Shown here: piece after piece, positions 6,791-12,302 of the stretch
Layout: each line of letters begins with the position of its first letter
How positions within the stretch are numbered: the first letter of the stretch is position 1
Assembly: GCA_044356455.1 (NCBI GenBank)
Contig: JBIKWF010000122.1
Location: forward strand, 1-12,302
Source: Bdellovibrionota bacterium
GTDB taxonomy: Bacteria; Bdellovibrionota_C; UBA2361; JBGSMV01
DNA length: 12,302 nucleotides
Direction: 5' to 3'
Translations under genes and position numbers: made by a program
Notes under the pieces: model-generated
What the model saw: the letters and a program-made list of their open reading frames with translations, nothing else
Told to the model about the DNA's origin: nothing
Database searches by the model: none

Positions 6791-8218
6791 TTACAAAGTC
6801 CCCGTAGGGAGCACGACCTCGGCAGCATCTGCAAGGTTTCTTGCTACCTGAGGATTCGAGCCAAAGTGTAAGAGCGAGAACGTGGCAATAATTTGAGGCC
6901 CAGGGGAGAAGGCGTCCATTACCGCCGGCTTTGAATTTCTCGACACTCTCATCGCGAGCATGACTCGCTCATCGCGAGACGTGCGCCACTCGCCAGTGTT
7001 AATTCCTCTCACCACTAGTCCAGGTCTCCCAAGCACAGTCTCCTCTATCGTCACTGACTCATCATAGGAGAATCCCGCCGAGTCAAAGACGGCGGAAGCA
7101 TCGACAATGCCCACCCCAGGGACTGAGCGCGGAGCGTCCTCCGGGCGATAGTCGCGGCAAAGATACGCCGCGCCAGAGCCTTCGGCGTAAACAACTCCCC
7201 CACTATCTGCAAAAGCGGCGAGCGAATGCATCATCGAGGTGTTGCGGCCAAGCTCCTCAGCGTAGGCGGGAAGGCTCGCGCCAGTGAGATAAACCGCGCC
7301 TATCTTTTTGGGAAGCTCGCTATCCGCGAGCGGAGAAAAGGTTACCAGCTCTGCGCCAAAATAACGCAGCCATTCAAGATTGTCCTGGAAGCACAAGTGA
7401 AAGCAGCTGTCGTCACTTACGGCGATGCGGCACCTGCGCGGCATCGGCTCGTAGGAGAAGTCTGCAATTGAGACTGCGGGTGCGAGCTCCGCCTGCTCTA
7501 TGAGCCTATCTATATCGACATGCTGCTGCACCAGGCGCTGAAGTTCCACAAGAAACTGCCTGGGCAGAAGGGTTTCGTTTTTTCCTTGGTGTATTATCCC
7601 ACTAGGGAACACCGCATCGTGCACGAACTCAGGCATCAGACCTAAAAGTGGAGACATGCCAAACGAATCAAGCGCCTTATTGTAGTAGGCGAGATCCTTC
7701 GCCTGCTTGCCCGTTCCAAGATCCGCACGGTTAAGAATCGTCCCCCCAATATCGAAGCCCCCGTTTGTTCGAGAACCTCCGGAGAGCACAGAAAAGCCCT
7801 TGATGAGAGCGGCCACACTGGCGCCAAAACCGCGCGCATCCACTACGAGCACCACGGGGCTTTTGGTAAGGGCAGCCATTTCTGCGTCAGAGCCGCGAAA
7901 GGTTCCGACGGGCGTTCCATCGAAGAGGCCATTACGCCCTTCTATCAGCACAAAATCTGCGCCTACGCCGGACTGGAATAGGGACACGAGAAGCTGAGAG
8001 CTACTAAGAAGCCCCTCATCGAGGCAGCGTGCCGACCTGCCGGCAATTCTCTTAAGGATAGTAGTTTGGGCAATCTGAGGGCCAAGTACCGCGCAAGAGA
8101 CGCTATGGCGCCTGCGGCGAAGTTCGTAGGCAAGACCCATGGTAATGAGGCTTTTCCCCACCCCGGCGCCAGTGCCGGAAATGATAACTCGGGGAATCCC
8201 GAGATTTTCAACCGCCAT
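6791..8218 (-). CDS. CbiA/CobB (cobyrinate a,c-diamide synthase)-like protein with degenerate catalytic motifs
   Basis: P-loop SGTGAGVGKS, IEGxxGLFDG, SDAEMAA..PVVLVVDA, GTILNR, RIAVSDDSCFHLCFQDNLEWL..GAELVTFSPLAD, and HFGSNP. ATG 8218 has a GGGAG SD and is preferred over 8293. Confidence 0.88.
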   Translation of the reverse strand: MAVENLGIPRVIISGTGAGVGKSLITMGLAYELRRRRHSVSCAVLGPQIAQTTILKRIAGRSARCLDEGLLSSSQLLVSLFQSGVGADFVLIEGRNGLFDGTPVGTFRGSDAEMAALTKSPVVLVVDARGFGASVAALIKGFSVLSGGSRTNGGFDIGGTILNRADLGTGKQAKDLAYYNKALDSFGMSPLLGLMPEFVHDAVFPSGIIHQGKNETLLPRQFLVELQRLVQQHVDIDRLIEQAELAPAVSIADFSYEPMPRRCRIAVSDDSCFHLCFQDNLEWLRYFGAELVTFSPLADSELPKKIGAVYLTGASLPAYAEELGRNTSMMHSLAAFADSGGVVYAEGSGAAYLCRDYRPEDAPRSVPGVGIVDASAVFDSAGFSYDESVTIEETVLGRPGLVVRGINTGEWRTSRDERVMLAMRVSRNSKPAVMDAFSPGPQIIATFSLLHFGSNPQVARNLADAAEVVLPTGTL

Positions 8219-8347
8219 GAATGCTCCCGCCCTATCCCGTCGCTCGATTACGACAGTCCTAAACTTACTATCGGCACAATCTCGAGCAGGCAAAAGCCCG
8301 AATTTTAAGAGGATTATTGGGCATAATCGAGGATTTCGAGGCCGCGC

Positions 8348-9520
8348 TTAGCGCCTACGGAGGACAAGCAAACGATGGGACTGGCCCTCCGCCCCGCGCG
8401 CTTTAAGCTGGTTCTGAACCCGAGGAGCCTTCGGCTGGTGTACAAGCAGGCATTCTGGGTCCCAAAATCTCGACAACTCTTTCTCAACTATGGGCAAGAG
8501 TTCCTCGTCAATTCGAATGGTGGGGGCTCCTGGACGAGTTTGAATCTCTCTCAAATCAAGCACGCAGCGCCCTCCTGCTCGTGTTACACGAGCAAGCTCA
8601 AGCAGCGTTTCATTCATAAACACACGCCACTCCGCGAGGTCCGTGTGTGTGGCTTCGCCGCCAGAGGCAATTTGAGGCTCGATCCCGGAGAACCAAAGCC
8701 TGAGCCACTGGTCCACGCAGGTCTTTCTCGCACCAGGAAGCGGCGGAGTCGTGCATACGAGATTTACGCTTGCACTTGGGGCATAGGAGAGATCTCTTGC
8801 ATCACGCACCGCAATGCGGCTCTGACGTTCTTGCTGCACCATCACAGAAGGCACGCCATCACGAAGTACCATCGCCGCTCGGCGCAGAAGCCGAGGAATC
8901 ACGGCCCGGTATTCGGGACTTTGAGAACGCTTACGATTGATACGCTCTTGCTCGTCAGGTGAGAGCGAGAGATGCGGCATAGAGTATACAGAAAAATATC
9001 CCGCGCTGTGACCATGCAGCAGGCTCAGAGCCACAAGCTCAATAAAACGCGAGACGCGATCCTCACGCTCTCTCAGGTATTCCTTAAGGCACACAATCTC
9101 GCGAAAGGTGTCGATGTCGAAAAAGCTAGAGAACCCTTTACGAAAGCTTTCTACCGCAACCGGGCGCTTCACGTTAATGAGCTGAAGTCGAAGGGTAACT
9201 TCGGTGATGTCCGCTGGTTGCAGCTTTGCGCGGGCAACTTTGACAAAAAACGGATTCACATCACTGCCGAAGGCGATGCGCCCCGCTACGAGCGCCTCAA
9301 GCGCCGTAGTGCCCGACCCAAGAAAGGGATCCAGAACCACATCCCCGCGCTTACTAAAGCGGGAAATAGCAAAAGCAGCTACCTCGGGTGATGTTTGCTG
9401 GGGGTAGCTAAGCGCATAGTGGATGGAATGACAGGGCTTTGAGGACTCCGTCGACCAGTAAGAGCCCTCGTCTACAAAAAACGATGGCTTTTCAACGAGT
9501 TTTAAAGCACCTTTTGCCAC
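8348..9520 (-). CDS. Orphan amino (N4-C/N6-A) DNA methyltransferase-like protein with atypical motif IV
   Basis: SAM-binding motif I GDVVLDPFLGSGTT and GSDVNP near the N-terminus. DAR..SVNLVCTTPPL sits at the TSPPY/F position; also WLRLWF and ELARV..GG. No cognate restriction gene is adjacent. Confidence 0.85.
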   Translation of the reverse strand: MAKGALKLVEKPSFFVDEGSYWSTESSKPCHSIHYALSYPQQTSPEVAAFAISRFSKRGDVVLDPFLGSGTTALEALVAGRIAFGSDVNPFFVKVARAKLQPADITEVTLRLQLINVKRPVAVESFRKGFSSFFDIDTFREIVCLKEYLREREDRVSRFIELVALSLLHGHSAGYFSVYSMPHLSLSPDEQERINRKRSQSPEYRAVIPRLLRRAAMVLRDGVPSVMVQQERQSRIAVRDARDLSYAPSASVNLVCTTPPLPGARKTCVDQWLRLWFSGIEPQIASGGEATHTDLAEWRVFMNETLLELARVTRAGGRCVLDLREIQTRPGAPTIRIDEELLPIVEKELSRFWDPECLLVHQPKAPRVQNQLKARGAEGQSHRLLVLRRR

Positions 9521-9600
9521 TGTCGAAACCCGTACTTGCGAAACCCCTACTAGCCTTATCTCGCCGGGTATTTTTTAACACCCGGCAACTACGAAACTGA

Positions 9601-9651
9601 CGCTACTCAGACCCTCGCGCTGCTGAAACTCTGGCGCTACTGAAACCCTGG
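9601..9651. repeat. Three tandem degenerate 17-nt repeats
   Basis: CGCTACTCAGACCCTCG / CGCTGCTGAAACTCTGG / CGCTACTGAAACCCTGG (14/17 and 15/17 identical to unit 3). Confidence 0.8.
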
Positions 9652-9825
9652 CTCCTTTCGAGGTCACCAGGGCCCCGCAGGTCCAAGAAGCAGACTATAC
9701 GGTTGCACCGCAACCTACGCCATTGGCTTTTTGTAAAACACCTCCCCACAAACAGTTTTTTCCTGTAGCTTCCAAGTGTTAGGAGCCTGGGCACTAATCA
9801 ACCTTGCGAGGCCCCACTGGGAGTT

Positions 9826-10641
9826 ATGAGCGTCTTTGTTGATTGTCACGTGCATTGGTATTCGAGCATGGCGCTAGAGTCTGTGTATGCTGCCGCCTGG
9901 GAGAATGCTCTGCAGGCGTGCGCCCTTGGGGGAGCGCCTGCACCCGATCAGGTTGCCCTCCTTCTCACGGAACGGGAAGGGCAGGAAGAATTTCGCTCCA
10001 CACTTGCCGGACCACTTCCTACTCTTACGAATCTTTCTATAAAGGCCTCGCCTGAGGGGTCGGCGCTTATTGTCTCCTCTCTTACTGAGCCACGCAGGCC
10101 TCTGCTACTTGTCGCGGGCCGGCAGTTTGTTTCCCGCGAGAGACTTGAAGTGCTTTCGCTTTGCCTCAATCTCGAAACCGAACCTGCACTTCCCGCAGCA
10201 GATTTGGTGGAAGCTATCGTGAGCGCGGGCGGAGTCCCTTGCCTTCCTTGGTCCCCAGGGAAATGGCTCTTTGGACGGGGGCGGTTAGTGCGCGCGCTTT
10301 GCGCGCAATTTCCAAGAGAGATTACGCTTGGGGACATCAGCATGCGGCCGCGCGTCTTGCCCGCACTTAGCGCAGGACGAGCTTGGGCCAAGGGAATTCC
10401 GGTGTTAGCTGGTTCTGACCCCCTCCCCCTTGCAGGAGAGGAGCACGAGATTGGAGCCTATGGCGTTCTATTTCCCTCAGGCGTTGACGAACACAGACCG
10501 GGAGGAGCACTTGCGCAACTGCTTCGCTCTGAGGGGGTTCTCATGGGCGCGAGAAATTCACTAGGGCAGGCCGCTCGGCGCTGGATAAAGCTAAAAAAAC
10601 TCCTTAAAAATCCCCGTCCCCCTGCTTTTGCCCTACTCTAA
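9826..10641 (+). CDS. PHP-fold-like (metal-dependent phosphoesterase-like) hypothetical protein
   Basis: N-terminal VDCHVH and C-terminal LAGSDP resemble the first and last PHP motifs; GGGAG SD before the ATG. Confidence 0.7.
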   Translation: MSVFVDCHVHWYSSMALESVYAAAWENALQACALGGAPAPDQVALLLTEREGQEEFRSTLAGPLPTLTNLSIKASPEGSALIVSSLTEPRRPLLLVAGRQFVSRERLEVLSLCLNLETEPALPAADLVEAIVSAGGVPCLPWSPGKWLFGRGRLVRALCAQFPREITLGDISMRPRVLPALSAGRAWAKGIPVLAGSDPLPLAGEEHEIGAYGVLFPSGVDEHRPGGALAQLLRSEGVLMGARNSLGQAARRWIKLKKLLKNPRPPAFALL

Positions 10642-10670
10642 TCCACCGCAGCGGGCGCAAGGTGGCTTAT

Positions 10671-10699
10671 TTGATTGCTGCCGCAAGCTTTCGTAGTAT
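10671..10699 (+). promoter_or_regulatory. Putative sigma70-like promoter for the pyruvyl transferase gene
   Basis: TTGATT-N17-TAGTAT. Confidence 0.5.
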
Positions 10700-10765
10700 C
10701 CCGTCCCGCAGGTTATCTGTTGGCACTGCGAGATTTCTTGTCAGCTATTGTTAGGAGAACCGTTC

Positions 10766-12067
10766 ATGATTTCGAGCATATCGCTCCTCGGGTCCTCATC
10801 TGGTCGCAACGCAGGCGACGCCGCCCTTATTTCTGGGATTATGGACTCGCTCGACAACGAGTTCGGAACGAGACTGCTTTACGAAATTCCAACTATTAAG
10901 CCCGAGTTCATCTGGCACAACTACCAGAACCGAGTTCGACCCATTTCAATGCTTCCTTGGGCTGCTTCGATCAAGATGCTTGGAGTTCCGACGCTCGCGT
11001 CGCTCATGCGGACGGATCTCTCAATGATCTTCGACGCCATCCTCTTTGATAAGCAGCTTTTCAACCCTCTCTTCAATTACTTGTCCACCCTTTCGCTGCT
11101 TCTGCCCCTTGCAAAGAAGCGCGGGAAAAAATTGGGCTGCTTTAATGTTGGTGCGGGTCCGGTCACGACGCCCCGCGGCCAAGCCATGCTCCGCGATATT
11201 TGCGAACTCATGGATTTTATTACCGTCCGAGACGAAGACTCCCTCAAGATTCTCCGCGGCATCGGAGTTAAAAACCCCAATCTGGTGGTCACCGCAGATG
11301 CGGCCATGACGGTAGCGCCCTCCTCGGCAACGCGCGTCGATGAAATCTTACTTAGCGCAGAGATGCCCACGGATCAGGAAATCCTAGGAATCAACATCAG
11401 CGCCTATCTCGACACCTGGGTATCGCCCGACCGAACTCCCATGGGGAAAGAGCGCTTCATTAAAATTTATAGCGAAGCGCTTTCAAAGGTACTTGGGGAA
11501 CTCAAGGTGCCCGCGCTTTATGTCTGCACGCAGTATCATGACGTGGGAGTGACCCGCGAACTCATGAACGCAACTAAGTCACCTAGCCGCCAAGCCCTCA
11601 TATCCAACCGGGAGCTTTCGCATTATGACATTAAGGGAGTGCTGGGTAGATTGGGGCTCCTCTTCGGCATGAGGCTTCACGCAGTAATACTGGCATCTTC
11701 CGGCATGACACCGGTAATCGCCTTGCCGCATCAACCAAAAGTGAATCACTACCTCAAGACCCTAGGACTTGAGGAGCGTGCGATGAGCTTTGACCAATTT
11801 ACTGTCGATGGGATTGCGCAGCATATCCTCAAGGCTTGGAATGAAAGGCAGGCAATTCGTAGACAACTTGAGACTCGAGTGCCGCCGCAAAAAGAGAAAT
11901 CTCTGCTGGCTGCAAAGCTCGTCCATGCCCTGCACCGCGGAGAGTCTATCAGCGCAGCGCTAACGCGCCTTGAGGGCCAGGGAGCTTCCGTCACGAGTAT
12001 AGGGACCAATGGCAAGCCGGCACTTGCACAACCCGGATTTCCGATTGATGCCATTATTGGCGGGTAG
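10766..12067 (+). CDS. Polysaccharide pyruvyl transferase family protein (CsaB/WcaK-like)
   Basis: NAGDAAL, VGAGP, ITVRDEDS, TADAA, GMRLHAVILA and PKV motifs. An AGGAG SD supports ATG 10766 over TTG 10748. Confidence 0.92.
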   Translation: MISSISLLGSSSGRNAGDAALISGIMDSLDNEFGTRLLYEIPTIKPEFIWHNYQNRVRPISMLPWAASIKMLGVPTLASLMRTDLSMIFDAILFDKQLFNPLFNYLSTLSLLLPLAKKRGKKLGCFNVGAGPVTTPRGQAMLRDICELMDFITVRDEDSLKILRGIGVKNPNLVVTADAAMTVAPSSATRVDEILLSAEMPTDQEILGINISAYLDTWVSPDRTPMGKERFIKIYSEALSKVLGELKVPALYVCTQYHDVGVTRELMNATKSPSRQALISNRELSHYDIKGVLGRLGLLFGMRLHAVILASSGMTPVIALPHQPKVNHYLKTLGLEERAMSFDQFTVDGIAQHILKAWNERQAIRRQLETRVPPQKEKSLLAAKLVHALHRGESISAALTRLEGQGASVTSIGTNGKPALAQPGFPIDAIIGG

Positions 12068-12080
12068 ATAGTGGCGCGAT

Positions 12081-12302
12081 GCGGGGCCCTACTCAGCGAC
12101 GCCGCGCGGCAATTGATTCGGCACGCCGGGGCGCGCGTCGCGCCGTCGCCTACTGGCAGAGGCGGAACGGCGGGCCCTACCTAGCTGCTTGCGCAGCTGC
12201 GATTGGCATGGTGGACGCCCCGCAATATTTTATTCGGCGCCCTGAGGACAGGGCGCCCTACCTAGGACATCTTGGTAGGGCGCGCCGTCCCCGGCGTGCC
12301 GC
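12081..12302. repeat. Cluster of GTAG-family REP elements
   Basis: 12235-12262: GGCGCCCTG-AGGA-CAGGGCGCC-CTAC. 12274-12301: GTAG-GGCGCGCCG-TCCC-CGGCGTGCC. Degenerate copies end in CCTAC at about 12092, 12153 and 12180. 12119-12131 is the exact reverse complement of 12289-12301. Confidence 0.85.

Noticed and set aside
8375..9391. Two plus-strand ORFs (195 and 139 aa) opposite the MTase-like gene
   Set aside because: They form an antisense shadow frame with no SD or recognisable domain, and no nuclease motif that would suggest a partner restriction enzyme.
6791..9520. Calling the CbiA-like and MTase-like genes pseudogenes, or assigning cbiA/cobB as a gene symbol
   Set aside because: Both frames are full-length and uninterrupted, so they are not evident pseudogenes. 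The missing catalytic residues make the canonical name unsafe.
9710..9722. Possible sigma54 promoter (minus-strand TGGC...TTGC)
   Set aside because: GG and GC are separated by 8 nt, not the 10 nt sigma54 requires.
9521..9825. Cobalamin riboswitch, tRNA, 6S or SRP RNA in the intergenic region
   Set aside because: No B12-box, cloverleaf or other known consensus was recognisable by eye. An Rfam search would be needed to exclude them formally.
10644..10672. Intrinsic terminator after the PHP-like gene (CCACC...GGTGG)
   Set aside because: The 5-bp stem is short, the loop is irregular and the U-tract is weak.

Overview
This is a bacterial chromosomal segment of about 54% GC. The long-form HflX suggests a deltaproteobacterial/Bdellovibrionota-like lineage, which is inference only. 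It holds ten credible CDSs: a TlpA-family thioredoxin lipoprotein, rpmE (L31), a hot-dog thioesterase, Xaa-Pro aminopeptidase, long-form HflX, an orphan GNAT-like protein, a CbiA/CobB-like protein, an orphan amino-DNA-methyltransferase-like protein, a PHP-like protein and a polysaccharide pyruvyl transferase. I see no rRNA, tRNA, CRISPR array or transposase. Four signals stand out. (i) The co-oriented MTase-like and CbiA-like genes have intact frames but substituted catalytic motifs (SPPY/F->TPPL; GPDYxD->GPQIAQ; YAECGG->YAEGSG). (ii) Upstream of them is a leader region with three tandem 17-nt repeats and hairpins. (iii) The left edge has an exact 52-bp direct repeat bracketing a long palindromic element, whose 8-10-nt periodic motif recurs at convergent gene junctions. 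(iv) The right edge has a GTAG-type REP cluster. All motif comparisons were made by eye from recalled family consensus.
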